Assembly: GCF_018977255.1 (NCBI RefSeq)
Contig: NW_024704743.1
Span: 71,364,001 to 71,428,000, forward strand
Direction of reading: 5' to 3'
Source: Callorhinchus milii
Taxonomy: Eukaryota
Length of the DNA stretch: 64,000 nt
Shown here: in pieces, positions 39,901-54,900 of the stretch
Position numbering within the stretch: position 1 is the first letter of the stretch
Layout: the number at the start of each line of letters is the position of its first letter
Program-made: the position numbers and the translations under genes
The notes under the pieces: generated by a model
Databases searched by the model: none
Told to the model about the DNA's origin: nothing
The model's input: only the letters and a program-made list of their open reading frames with translations

Positions 39901-42900
39901 AACTCTGCTAGTGGAAGCAATGATTCCAATTTGCCATCTGAATGAGCAGAAATGATCCATTTGACCAATGTAAATAATGCGACTAATTGTGCTGGTGGAG
40001 ATAAGGGCTGTAAATAACATTGCAGTGCAGACACAGGCTATCATAGCTTGAGCAAAACTAAGCGTTATGTACAGTATTTATTTCACAGGGTAGAAACATT
40101 AAACATTTATGTTTTGTCTTTGAAATGTCATTAATCACAAAGGTCATCAAAAAGAATAGGCCAATAATGGTGTTGAAAAAGTTTAACAAGTATTTAAAAG
40201 TTAACAGACCTATGGCCGACTGTTACTAATATTATTAATATTGAGTTGAAGGGATTACAGGAGTTAAACAGCACAGCAGGAAGCATGTTTAAACATTGAT
40301 TGGCTTATTATTCAGTTGGGGTGTGGATCCTGACATTTACCTACTGAAGAAAAATTAAGAATGTACGTGTTTTGCTTCATCGGCAAATGACCATTTTAAC
40401 TGTGCTTTTAGGCATCTTTCCCCTCCTCACCCCACTCAGCTCCCACCCTCAGCTTCAGTGCCCAGCTAGGATTGCCAAAGCGCATTGGGGTGTCCTCCAG
40501 ATGTGAAAGGTCCTACATATATATATTATATATATTATTATATATATATCTGTGGTATATAATACATATGTGTGAATTGTTTTGCATTGGCACTTGGCTG
40601 AGGTGGAGGAAACAAAATGGCTGACTTCCAGGTTGTTGTTGACATAATTTCCTGAGTGCTGCACAATACACAGGAAATGAAGTTGGTAACAATACAATAT
40701 AATTTACACTTCTACCACCTTTCACTTTGGAGGATGCTCCAAAAGCTTGACAATTTTTAGCAGGTGGGAAACTGCTGTGTGTACAGTGAATGCAGAAATG
40801 CTGACCAGTAATGGATTTTTATTGGATCCCAACTATCACCTCTATTGCTGCTGATACCCACTGTAGTACCAGCACAACACTGTTAAAGTTTGTTTTAAAT
40901 ATGCATATCAATAATAATTAAAATCTTGTATGTATTCAGTTATGATACACTGGCTCCATAACTACCTGCAGTAAAACAGCTAGCTTCAGTTTGTAGCACT
41001 CACTGCTAAATCAGAACGTTGTGGGTTCAAGCCCAGTGTTGGAGACTCAAGCTTGTAGTCCAGGTTTGCCTACAAAAACATACGTATTACACTTTACAGA
41101 AAACTCAGTGAAAAGCTATTAGGAATAGAAATCAAGTACAGTAATAATCGTTCTAAATGAAATTGATACCAGTGTCTACATGCATTTTAATTTAGGATTA
41201 AAACATTCTCACTACAGGTGCTAAATCTAATTATTTTGAACTGTTTACAGACCATCAAACCAGCTGATATCGCCACGGTGCGTAAGTTAGGCAAACCACC
41301 CCACTTGATAATGCGAATCATGGACTGTGTGCTGCTTCTGTTCCAAAGAAAAGTAGACCCTGTGACTTTGGATCCAGACCGGCCTTGTGTCAAGCCATCG
41401 TGGACTGAGGCTTTAAAGCTGATGAATAACTCTGGATTTCTTAGCATGTTGTTGACTTTCCCCAAGGTAGTGTGTGTGTTTATTGTGGGTATGTTTTTAC
41501 TAAATGTTCTTTAATTGTATACAATCCTAATTTGCATTCATTTATTTGGAATTCGTTTTTTCTTTTCCTCTTGCTTCTTTCTTTAAGGTAGATTCCCTGC
41601 AACACACATCACTATTAGTCATACTGTGAGACTAGTTTGCCTTATAATTTAAGATTACACACATCACCCTCCTCCCAATGCTGCTGAAATACTCATTCCT
41701 GTCTTCACCACATCCTGCTTAGGCTTTTCCAACGCACTGCTCTCCCCAGCTACACCACTCACAAGATGCAATTTATCTAAAACTGCACCACCTTCATCTG
41801 CGCCAAACTCCACACACCCATGACCTCAGTTCTCACCAATTTAATGGTGGAGTCCCGTAGGATAGTGGTTAGAGCCCTCACCTCGCAAGCAAGAGGATCC
41901 GGGTTCAATTTCCGTTGAAACCTTAGACAAGTTTCCTTCCTGCACACTCCTCTGTTTACCTAGTAGAAAGTAGGAACCAAGTTGTTAGTCGATTGGCGAG
42001 TTATTTTTGTGGGGTAATAATACCTCCCCCTTTGTGGAACACTGCTTTGCACAATTGGCTGCCATGTTTTGCCAACAAAATATACAGTAAATTCACTATT
42101 GTGTGAAGCGCTTTGAGACGTCTCGATGCAATAAAGCGCTATATCAAATGCAAGGATTATTGCATTTGATATAGCTCTTTATGGGAGGGGGGTGTTGCAA
42201 TGTCAAAGATACAAACCTTCAAATGAGACATTAAACATAGGTCCTGGCAATCTGTTCAGGTGGTCGTTTCACAAGAACGTATTAGCACCATTCAAAAAGA
42301 GAAATGAATTTCTCCCAGTGTCCTGGCCAACAATTCTACAGGTAAAATTCATCATTCGCCACTGTTAAGCGCTCTGGGAGTCAGACTCCGCCACTATTAA
42401 GCGCTCTGGGACACTACCTGGTGTGAAGGGCGCTATATAAATGCAAGTTGTTGTTGTATCATTCACTTCATGGCTGTTTGTGGCATATTGCTGGGTGCAA
42501 ATTGGCTGTCTCATTCCCCTACAAAGATACAGAGTCATTACAAAAACTTGTGAAACGCTTTGAGACATGTACCATTTTCAAAGCCTGCCTCAAGAATTAG
42601 CTCTTTGACAGTATTTTTGGTTCTCTCTCTCCCCCCCCACCACCCTCACCCCCACCTTCTTCAGCTCTCATTCCTAGCCAGCAATGTGTAGTGCTTTGAA
42701 ACAGCTTCTCGAGATGAAAGGCAGTGTTTATCAATAAAAATTGTATTGTATCCACTCTGCCATCAAATTTACCTTATCTTGTTTGATGTGCAGGATACAA
42801 TCACTGCAGAAGTTGTGGATCTGCTTCAGCCTTATATGGATATGGAGGACTACAATCTTGAAACTACCAAGAAAGTGTGTGGGAATGTCGCAGGTCTGTG

Positions 42901-45900
42901 CTCCTGGACCCTAGCCATGGCAAGCTTCTTCGATATTAATAAGGAAGTGCTTCCACTTAAGGTGAGGTATACCCATTGCACCACTGGTGGTCCTGCAGAA
43001 TCACAGAGAGGGGATTATCAATTTTCCGAATAAGCAGGTTACTTACTATTTAGTGTTTGGACTAATTTCCTGATGTGCTTCCATAGAAGTCACAATAGCT
43101 TTTTAATTCTGTGGATGTTTTTTGCTTGTTCCAGCCTGTTTCTGATTGTCTGGTCTAGAACTGGAATGCTGCTGATGAGACAAATTCAGAATTATTCTTT
43201 ACCATCACTCTTCTTATTCTTCCTCCCAGAATGTATAAAATTTAGTTAGATCATCAGTAATCCAGGCCATTATTAAGGGTTGACCAGGCAGTCTGCACCA
43301 TTAATGAGACTTGAATGTGAAGTTAAGTCCTGAATACCTTGAGTAACAAAAACTAATGGGAAGGGTAGTGCTGGATGGCAAATACTGTGAAACTTACTGG
43401 TCTGTTAGGTTAGCATTCTTCATTGCTTGCCAGCAGAATGTAGAAAGAAACAAACAGGATAGATTTGACTTCCATGCATGTATTTCTAAATAGGCAAACC
43501 TGACTCTGCAAGAGGCCCGGTTAATTGTTGCTCAAGGTGAGCTGAACAATGCCCAAGCACAGCTGGATGAGAAGCAGCAAGAGCTGGATGAAGTGCAGGC
43601 GATGTATGATGCTGCCATGACAGAAAAACAAGCATTACTTGATGATGCAGAGGCCTGTCGTAGGAAAATGGACAATGCCACTGCTCTCATTGATGGACTG
43701 GGTGGTGAGAAGGTAAAAGAATATGAATTTGTCATAAACCATAATATGCAGTATTGCTTCTCAGTAAAAATAGTTTTTCAAGGTTACTTCATTCGATGAA
43801 GATTGTTGAATCTGCATTGATAATTTATATATTAAAGTATTGTACAACTCTTGATTCAATTATAAATGGATTTACCATCATGATTGCAGAATAGAATGTT
43901 TTCCAGAGTTCTCATCCAGTGATAGAATTACACAGTCTCTAGTCAGCGACTGGTTGCATGAGTTAAATATTATTCAGAAATGCTTTGGTTGAAAAAAAAA
44001 TCCTTTTATTCCTCATTAAAATCCTGCTTGGTGGCCATAATAAGATCAAAATGAAATAGCAAGGCCTTCTCACATATTTTTCTTTGAATCTTGTGAATGA
44101 ATCATAATTTCCGGCCTTTCAATTCACATGACTGCTTTTTGTTTTAGCAATTTCTTTTCGATTAAGAAGAAATAATTTCTTTCAAAAGGCCAAGAGAGAA
44201 TTGGAAAGGGATATATAGTCGCAGCAAATGAAAAACACAACCCCTTCCCAAATCCTTTCAATATTACAACGATAAGAGGGTAGTCAAGGAAGGTGTTAGT
44301 ATCCTGAGGAATTCAAATGGGGTTGAAAAAGAGAATGATAGGCCAATTGCAAACATATTAAATAACCACTTTCTGGAGTTTTTTTTTACCAGGGAGAACA
44401 CTACAAACATGCCTCCCAATAGCCAGCAAACATTGTTTGAATTCCAGGACTCAAATAGAAAGAAGGCTGAGATTCTGGATAGGCTCAAAGGGGTGAAAAC
44501 TAACAAATCTCATAAGAAAGTTAAACTCCAGGCAGGAGATTTGTGTAGCACTGATAGACATGAGGAAGTCAATCAGGACTGGAGAGGTTCCAACAGACTA
44601 GAAGCAAGCAAATGTTGCTCCCATTTTCAAGAAGACCAACAAAACTAAACCTGTCAACTGTAGACCCATTAGCCTGACCTTAATAATAGGAAAAACTTAT
44701 GGAGTCAATCATCACAAAGGAAATGGAAGACTACCTATATAAAATAAAACCTAATAATTGACATGGGTTCAGAACCGAGTTGTCTGACCAGTCTCAAAGA
44801 CTTTTTTTTAGACGGGGACAGCCCAAATTAACTGGAAATCTATATGATGTAGAGCAGGCATGTAGAACACTAGCATATGCTGGGTTTCCACATTTCGCAC
44901 CTATCCAACCGGGCCTGAAACGGAATTGTTTTTCAAAAAAACTCGACTAATTTAAAAAGCAGCTTGATGCAGTGATCAGGGAAAAACGGGTGGATATAGT
45001 GGAGAGATGAAATCAGATGGGCTGAGTGGTCTTTTCAACAACAACAACAAATCACATTCATATAGCACCCTTCACGCAGGACAACATTCTTGGAGCGTTT
45101 GACAGTGGCGGAGCATGACGCCGAGCCGGGGGGAGGGGGAGGTGACCGTAGGCATGGACCAAGATGAGGGTCTTCAGACGCGACCTGAAGATGGGGAAGG
45201 ATTGGGCAAGGCGGAGGCATTGAGGGAGAGAGTTCCAGGGTTTCGGGGCTGAAAGCAGCCACTGATGGTGAAACTGAGGGCACGAAGAACAAGCAGGAAG
45301 ATGGTGTCAGGGCATGAAGTGATTTGAAAACGAGGGTGAGGATCTTGAAATCGATCAGTTCGCTGATAGGGAGCCAGTGGAGCCTGGCGAGAACTGGTGT
45401 GATGGGGTTATGGAGTTTAGTGAGGGTGAGTATGTGGGTGGCAGAGTTTTGGATTAACTGGATTTTGTGGATTGTGAAGCTTGGGAGATCAGCAAAGAGG
45501 GCATTTGAGTAGTGCTTCATCCAGATCAATCTTGTGAGGGATATTAATCCTCGCCCATCTTGTTCATGACAAAAACCTTTTGATTGTTTTCAAACAGCTC
45601 TGGGTATAATATCCTTACCATAGGATTGTTTCACCTCTCTTGATCTTAAATGCTTCATTCTACCAGTGGAGACCAGGAATGAAATGAAGTTCTGATCAGG
45701 GGATTTTGTCTTAATGGCAATAGTTGTTATGGACACAAAATCCCATGAGGCTATTACAATGGAATTCTCTTGCGCAGTGGTCTATAAAGTGCTATTTTTG
45801 GCCTGTCGAGATTGACCAAAATACAACCATTGCCCTAAATTGGTAGTTTCAAGACAAATGTTCTAAACAGATAATAGCTTCAAGACAAATGTGCTAAGCA

Positions 45901-48900
45901 GAGTGTTATTGAAAGGACTGCTTCTGTCTCTTACTTTGACAACTGACACTTTTCTCATCAGCTGGAATGACTGCATTCAGAGTATTATTGATCCAAGGTG
46001 TATGGATGCTTTCAAATGCCACTTGGTACATACCAAGCTTTGATGCCTTAGTTAGCCTTGCTGTTTCTAAGGAATTAATAGTTGCTGATCAATAAGACTC
46101 TTGCCTGACAGCAATGAGATAAAAAAAGCAAAAAATGAGGGTCTTGTTCTTATTCTCTGTGCCTGAACTCAATTCACGTTTAATGTTATTACTGCCAACA
46201 TCTCACTACCCTTTCTGCTCCATATATTCGGGACACCTAAAGACGGATTTTATGGCAACTTTTTACAACAAACCACTGTTGAGATTTTTCCTGCAAGAGT
46301 TAAATAAGTTGACCAGTTGCTTTAAATAACTTGTCACATTTCTAATTTTTACCTGGAGCTTGGAACCTCCAACCTTGTTGCTCCCAAGCTCAGAAATGAC
46401 TCATTTGAACAGATGGTTTTGTTGGTTCTTACTTCTGTGACTTTGAAAATGTTTTTTGCCTAAAGAAAATGTTCATCCATTGAGTTTGTATTTTGGTACG
46501 ACATTCCTAAAATCACATCCAAAGAATTGTTTTCTCAAGGATACACCTGTACTTAAGCTTACCCAGTTTTGATTTCTTTTTGAGAGCCGGTATTTTTTTT
46601 GATGTTTGACGATCTTTGGATTTATAAACAGTATAGACTGAACCAGAATATGCACCAATTTAAACAATTGTTTTATTTAATCCAAACCATTTTATTATCA
46701 ATGAAGAAACCACAGGGTGAACCATTATGAATCAACATGTTAATTGGGTAGGAGAGTGAGGTGTGTACCACCCAGAGGTGTGCTGTAATTCAGGAAATCC
46801 ACCCTTCAGATAAAATGTTCAACTGAGGTCCTGACTGCTTGTTCAGGTGGATGTGAAAAATTCTATGGCATTACATGTAAACAGAATGTAGTTTGCTCCC
46901 AGTGTCTCAACCAATAGCCTCACAAATAAAATTGGCAATTCACTTCATAGCTGTTTATGGGAAATTTACAGCACCTTGGGATGTCCTTCCAATGTGAAAG
47001 GTTTCTATTTAAATGTAATTTGTTGTTGTACTGTTCGCAGATTGGCTGTTGCATTTGCCTAAGACAAAATAGTCAGTCCACAAAACATTTTAGTGAATCC
47101 TCTGAAGCATTTTGAGATGGTTCTCTGTCTGTGAAAGTTACCATATCAAATGCGAGGTTTATTATTATCGGCAGGATATCATTTGGGTTCACTGTTACCT
47201 ACGGCATTGTTAAGGAGTGGGAAAATCAGCTAAGGTTACTTTCCTGATTCCAGTCAGAGATTCCTGCCAGAAGGTTCACATTTGTGGACTTCAGATGAGG
47301 ACAGGATTAAGTTCATTTGTAGTCCCATGATCAAATATTCTGCCAAAACTCACTGCTAAAGCTCACACATGAACAATGGTCATGGCCCTTGGGGGAGCTA
47401 ACCAAGTTATTATTTTGTTGTAATTCATTTTCAGCCTATGCAGTTTTTTTAAAACTAGGAAAAGATCGCAAGGAGCTAAAAAAAGAAATAAACTAGAAGT
47501 GGGAATTCATTGCATTGTTCTATTATTGTTTTCTTTTTCAAAATCACAGATTCGCTGGACAGAGAGCAGCAAACTGTTCCAGAATCAGATTACTCGGTTA
47601 GTGGGTGATGTGTTATTGGCCACTGGGTTTCTTTCTTATTCTGGCCCATTTAACCAGGAATACAGGAACCTTCTGCTTCAGATGTGGAAGAAGGAGATGA
47701 GCAGCAATAAAATTCCATACAACGATGTAAGTCCATCTTCTGAAATGTATGTCTTTTACTTTCAATAGAAAAATATCTGCATTTCTTTAAAAATAAGCAT
47801 ATCATTTTAATGCGTTTGTGTGTACCTCATTTGTGTTCTGTTGGTGGAACGAATTAAGTTTTGAGTGAACAGTGTACATAATAAAGCTTTGCTTGCACAT
47901 GAGGATTGAAAAAGAAACACTCCTCTTAAAAGTGGTAACGTGAAGGGTAATTTGAATTTAGGAATAGCCTTGTTGAGCCTGCTCCACCATTTTCTTAGAT
48001 TATGCCTGATCTGAAACTCAACAAAATTTTTCTGAAATTATAATACCCCAATACCCTTACTCCACCCAAGAAAGCAAATTTCACAAACCCACAACTCTGA
48101 ATAAATGCAGGTCTTCTTATTTCACTACTAACTAGCTCTAATTTTTAGGTAAGGCCTTTGTTTTCTATATCCTGCAGCCTTGGGAAATAATCTCCCTTAT
48201 CCACCCTGTGAATTCCCTCTGCTATCTTGAGTACCTTGATCAGATCACCCCATAAAGTCTTTGTTTAAGAGAATCCATCCAGCCAATGTTTGCCCATTCA
48301 GAACTAAGCCCCTTCAATCACATTTGGGTGAATTTGTCATACACTCAAAGGTGGGTGTATCTTTTCTGAGGTGCAGTATCTAAAACTGCATATAGTACTC
48401 CAAATGAGGTATAACCAAGGCATTATACATCTGTAACATCACTGCTTTGTTTTAGGCTCCAGCTCTCTTGTGACAAAGGCCAACAACCCATTGGCATTTT
48501 TGACTGTGAACTTGTTAACTGATCTTTAATCATTTGTTTGCTTTTTATCTTCTCTGTTACTTTCAGCCCTTCCTACTCTGTTTTCATTTTCTCTTTCTTT
48601 AGATTTTGTGTTTGAGCTGTTTCTTTTCCTCCCACTTTTTTTCTTTTATTGCATTATTTTTTCATTGGAACCTTGGCAGATTGGATTGTTGAAAGCTACT
48701 AAAAAAACAAAACAGAGACATTAGGGAGCCAGGCGGAAGGGCATACAATTAGGCGATGAACGAAGAGACAGCCAGTAAGATAGATAATGAGGTGTGAACT
48801 GTTCAGAAACAGCTGGGTGAAGAGATAAGTGGAGAAATGGATGGAAATGATCAAGAGGACAGAGCAGCAGAAAATTGATTTTCCAGGCACTTTGGACACG

Positions 48901-51900
48901 GGGGAAATTTCCAGCTTTACTAGATTGTTGGTGGTATAAATGATAATTTGACGATGATAGAGTGAAATATGGGACTTTCTCTGTTGCTGAACATGAACAA
49001 ATGTCCGCTTGTTGAAAAAGATGAAAGCAAATGGGTGAGTCCCTCATGTTTTATAATAAATATGGGTTTGAGACCTTTGAAGTCAATCTGCATGCAATGA
49101 ACGATTCTATGATGATAAAACAACTGAAACTATTCATTGTAAAAGTTCAGCAGTTTGCATGACTTCTACCATCATAGATAGTGTCACCAGATTACTGTTC
49201 TGTTTAAACTGTGCGTGGGATTTCTGCATGAGTTTCTGGCTTACAAATTTCAAACTATTGAGAACAACCCAGCTTTAAAATTGTTTCTTTCCAATTCTAC
49301 TTAATGGAGCTGTAAGAAGCAAAGCTATTTTGATTCATTGTTTAATGAAGCTGAACATATTTTGTGTTTTTAGTTATTTGGAATTGGCATATAATTAAAT
49401 TGCTGTTCAATTAATTTCCATTTTGCTTGTTTGGATGTCTGCTGCTGCACGTCTTTCAAGGTGGCTTGGAGCAAATGCTAAATGTTAATTCTTGTATTAA
49501 CATAGGTTATAACGTGTAATGGGAAACAAAACCCTGTGTAACTGCAACTCCTCATTAATATGCTCAGCTGAGGGGCAGTTTAATAGAAAGTCGCACACAT
49601 ATAGAATGAAATCCATTTACTATTTACCTGTTTGCAGCAATGTATTGCCTGTTCTCCGAAATGTTCAATTTCCTGATTCAGCGCAATTCAATGTAATACT
49701 GGACATCCACATATGTTACGAATGATTCTCTGTTTAATGCTCTGACACTTACAGGCAAATTGTAAACCTCCTGCCAGTAAATACATTGTACCCAACTGAT
49801 GGCATTTCCAGACTTTTAATAGCTCATCCTTAAGCTTCAAAAACATATTTCTTTGAATGTGACTTTGATCAACATTTTTACATTTCTCATTTCCCTGCTC
49901 TGTATTCATTTTGTCATGTGTTTTTAGATATTCTTTAAAATAAAAGGCAATATATAAACATAAGTTGCTGTTGTAATAAAGATAATGTGTCCCTTCAATC
50001 GTCTAATAAAGAGGCCTTGTTCCTTCACATTTTGACTATAGACTGTAATACAACTGCCGCTTGGCTAGAAGTTTTGTGAAGTTTCAAGAAAGTTTCCTAA
50101 AGTCTACATAACATTTATACAGGTTTTAATGAACTGGGTAGAAATGTTAGAAACTGCTTCTGCTCTTAGAAGATTTTCTCATTCTTTAGTGGCATTTTTA
50201 ATGGAGTCTTATTTTCTGCATTGTCCTGCATGAAACAAATTTTAAGCTTCAGAAAATGAGTTCCATTGTGCGTTCACTGTTTAGTGAACCAACTGCCCTT
50301 TCCTGTTTTCTCTACTAACTTCTAGTGAACGATGAATGTCTCTATGGATCTTGCTTTCAGCAGGGATGCAAGCGATTCCATCACGAGATCATAAGAGAGG
50401 TTTGGATGAAGAAGGCATTTTGGACCATTTAATCAATGGACCATTTGATTCTCGAAATCCTAGTTTACAATCTTCCCATCACAGCATCAAGCTGTTTCTT
50501 AAATGAAACCAGTATCTCTACCTTCCTGGTAGCTTTTTCATAGATTTATAGAATCCTATAGCCCAGAATTTTCCCCAACAAATTGCCCTTCCCAACTCTG
50601 AACCTGTGCCCTTTTGCTTTCATGGTGTAGTTGAAAACATTATTCCAGGTCGACATTTTCAGATCCATTTACGATCTTACATATTGTTTTTTGCTGCAAC
50701 AAGAATTAAGATTGCAGTTTAAATATTTATTTTTATTCAAAAGTGCATTGATGGCATTGAAGAGATTGTTATACATAACATGGAGTTGTAACGGTGTTTG
50801 TTTTCTTTACCCTTCAGGATATCAATCTAATCAGTATGCTGGTTGACAATCCTACAATTGGTGAATGGAACCTCCAGGGACTTCCAAGTGATGACCTGTC
50901 AATACAGAATGGTATTATAGTAACCAAAGCATCTCGATACCCACTACTGATTGACCCACAAGGACAAGGCAAGATTTGGATCAAAAATAAAGAAAAAAAC
51001 AATGAATTGCAGGTAATTTGTGGGAGGTGATTTGTTTATTATACCTGATTGATAAAACTAAATTCAAATTATAAATCTGAATCAATGCTGCTGATTTAAT
51101 ATGAAGAATGCTTCAATGCTTCAACAAAATCAATTATACAACATAATTTTTTCGAGTTCCATTTTAGAAATTGCACAAGCAACTGCAACAATTAATCTTG
51201 TGTGTAGCTCTAGGCCATTTTGTGCATATTTTATTCATATTGAAAACTGGAATGAAGCAACTAACCTTATTCAATCTGTTCAACAGTACCTTCAATTGTG
51301 ACTTATATAACCTTTATTATATCATTTGCTCTCTCTATGACGCAAAAACCTCTGCTTCTCACATGTACAAACACAATCACTCACTTGGATACGCACAAAT
51401 GGAAATTAATTTCCTTATTATCCTAGTCAAGTACAGTATTTGTTTCCACTGCAGAATGTTTAACCATGTTTCTGTGACACTGACTGTTTAATAACTTTCC
51501 TGAGCATGTGCCTTATATGAAATAAAATATTTAAAGACTTTTAAATATCCTTCAGTTAACAAAGGTACAAGGTTGAACTATTGTACTGCACAAGAAGGGA
51601 ATTCCACATTGCATTGTTGTGTTCTCTTTCAAGGTTCAAGTCACCAGACAGACTCATACAATGAAATTCATGCGCTTTGTTCTCCATGTGCACTTATCAA
51701 CCCACCTACTTGTTTGGCTCTTAGTAATGTGTCAAAGAAATTGACATAACTTTGAAGGATGACAGAAGAAAGCAGTTTATCTTAATGGGAAGCTCAGGTA
51801 GCCGCACACACAGAGAGGGCATTTTTCCACAGTGCTATGATCAGAATTATTCTTCAGATACTTCTTGAAGAAAATACTGTTGGGACAGGAGAGGAAATGA

Positions 51901-54900
51901 GACTTTTATCTCAGTCGTTGCTTCGGACTGTTTTAGCAGAGTTAATAGAATTGTCTTTTATTTGTGATTCTAGATAACATCCTTAAACCACAAGTACTTT
52001 AGGAGTCACCTGGAGGACAGTCTATCCTTGGGACATCCTCTGCTAATGGAAGATATAGGGGAGGAGTTGGATCCTGCTCTTGACAATGTGTTGGAAAAGA
52101 ACTTTATTAAATCAGGATCAACTTATAAAGTAAGCTTAATTTTTAAATTAATACAAGTTGCTCACTCATTCAGATTGCGAAAGTTGATTGATTAAAATGC
52201 ATCCCTAATGAATAAGGAAAATTAAATGTATAATAATCTTTGCATTTGATGAAGCGCCTTATGACATCTCAAAGGGCTTCACATAATTTATGTAAAGTGT
52301 AGTAACTGTGTATTTGTAGGCAAATTCAGCATCCAATTTGTGTATAGCAATGTCCCACAAACACCCAGTAATAATCCTTGCATTTTAAAATTTTCATAAA
52401 ATACCTTGCATTTTGATATAGCGCCTCAACACATTGTCGACAAAGCGCTTCAGAGAAAATAATGTAAAGTGAATTGATTGTATATTTTGTGGGTGAGTAA
52501 GTGAATAACTAATTTTATCTGGGAATTGCTAGCCAGGACAGTGGGAGTAACTCCCTTCTCTTTTCAAATAGTGTGATTGGTTCTTTGCTGTCCACCTGAA
52601 CAGGCCGATGGGACCTCAGATTAACGTCTCAGAGAAAAAAGTATGGCACTTCTGACAATGCAGTGCGCTCACAGCACTGCACTGGAATGTCAGCCCAGAC
52701 AATGAGCTCAAAATCCCAATATGGGATTAAACTCACAAACTCTGTCTCAAAGACAAAACTGCTATCTACAGAGGAAGGCTGATGAATGATTTGACTGAAT
52801 TAGCAAAGTATTGGTGTATTGTCATCCTAGATTTATCCACGTGGAATGGAGGAGGGTTCCATACAGAGCCCACTATTTTGTGAATCTGATATTAAAAAAA
52901 CACATTTTCACAAGCACATTATAAAACAATGAATTAATCCAATTTCTGAATGTCATCCTGTTCAGGTATCATTAAAAATCCCATGTCAATCTTTGAAGAA
53001 GAGTAGGAAGTTTCTCCCAGTGTCCTGGCCAACAATCCCCCATTAATAATATTGGTCATTCACTTCATGGCTGTTTGTGGGACTTTGCTGAGTGCAAATC
53101 GTCTACCACATTCACTTAATGAATACAGTCACAACACCTTACAGTAATTACTGCAAAGCAGTTGAAATATCCTTCCAGCATGAAATGTTCCAATATCAAA
53201 TGGAAATGCAAGAATTATAATAATGATAATAATCCTTGCATTTGATATAGCGGCTTATCACATCTTTGAGAAGTCTCAAAGCTCTTCACAGAATATACTG
53301 TAAAGTGAATTGACTGTACATTTTGTGATGAACCAGAAGTTGGCAGCCAATTGCACACAGCAGTGTCCCACAAACAGTTATGGATTGAATGACCAATTAT
53401 TATTATTTTGGAACACCAAACAATTAGATTTATTTCGTGATTAGATTTATCAGAGAACATTATAAATTAGATTTTTAAATTTTAAATAAATGCAAACAAC
53501 ACAAACTTGTATTTATAGAACACCCTTCACAGAGGGTGGCGCCTTGGAGAAGAAATTAATGAACAAGAACAAATCAAAGAAATATTGCTATTATTTCTGA
53601 ATTATTTGCTAGGTAAAAGTTGGTGACAAAGAGATTGACGTCATGTCAGGATTTACTTTGTACATAACTACCAAACTGGCCAATCCTGCCTACACACCTG
53701 AGATCAGTGCCAAGACTGCCATCATTGACTTCACTGTGACAATGAGAGGTCTGGAAGACCAACTTCTGGGCCGAGCCATCCTCACTGAGAAGCAGGTAAG
53801 TAATGTTACAACAGAAGAAGTCAAGAATCTGGACCCAAGACTTTGTGAACTAAGAATTAAGGATATTTTATATGTGTGTTTGTATCTTTATATAAATATA
53901 TAATATATATGGACACACATATGTGGGCATTGAACAGAGGTTGTAGAACAAACATCAAATGAATAATGTTTCAGATGTCTCAGGATGATACTAGTTCAAG
54001 GTTGTGAGGAACAATTTTAGGACAGCGATAACAAGATCATCAAATTGATTTGGCCCATTTGATCTCATCCTGAATATTCAGCTTACCGTCCTCCTGTCAC
54101 AGCATCAAGTTTTTGTTTAAAAGGAATCCGGTGACCTAGTCTCAATCATGCTTTCTCACAATTTGTTCCAGTCGTTAATTATTCTCTGACTATAGAAATA
54201 CTTCCTGGTGTCTGTCCTGAAATTGCCCGTCGCAACTTTAAACCTGTGTCCTCTTGTTCTGGGGTACTGATGTATCTTAAAGTCTTATTTCAAGTCTTAT
54301 ATACCTGTATAAGATCCCTTCGTAGATGTCTCTTTTGAAGCCTGAAAGATCCTAGCTTGTTTTAACTATGTTCATAGTTCATTCCTCTAACATGAGGATC
54401 ATCTTTGTTGCTTTTCTCTGCACTGCAACTGGAACCTGGAGAGCCCCTTGTGTTGCAGTGAGCAGAGCTGTATACAGTACTTTAGGTGTAGCCTAATCAG
54501 TGTACTACATATCTGGGGATCTGAACTCAACATGACCTGTTCTGCCTTTCCCCATCTCCGCAACATTGCCCGCCTCCACCACTACCTCTCCCCTCAGGCT
54601 GCGAGATGCTTATCCATGCTTTCATTACATCCAGACTTGACTATGCCAACTCCCTACTCACCGGTCTTCTCAAAGCTTCCCTCCACAAACTGCAGAATAT
54701 TCAGAACTCTGCAGCTTGTGCCCTCTCACACACCAAGCTTTGTAAGCCTATCACCCTATCATCCTCGCTCGGCTTTATAGGCTTCCTATTTTCTAGAGGA
54801 TCAAGTTCCAGATCCTTGTTCTCACTTTTAAAGTCCTCCATGATCTTGCTCCTCCCTACCTCTGTGACCTAAAACGTTACCAACTGCTCGGCAGGCACTG

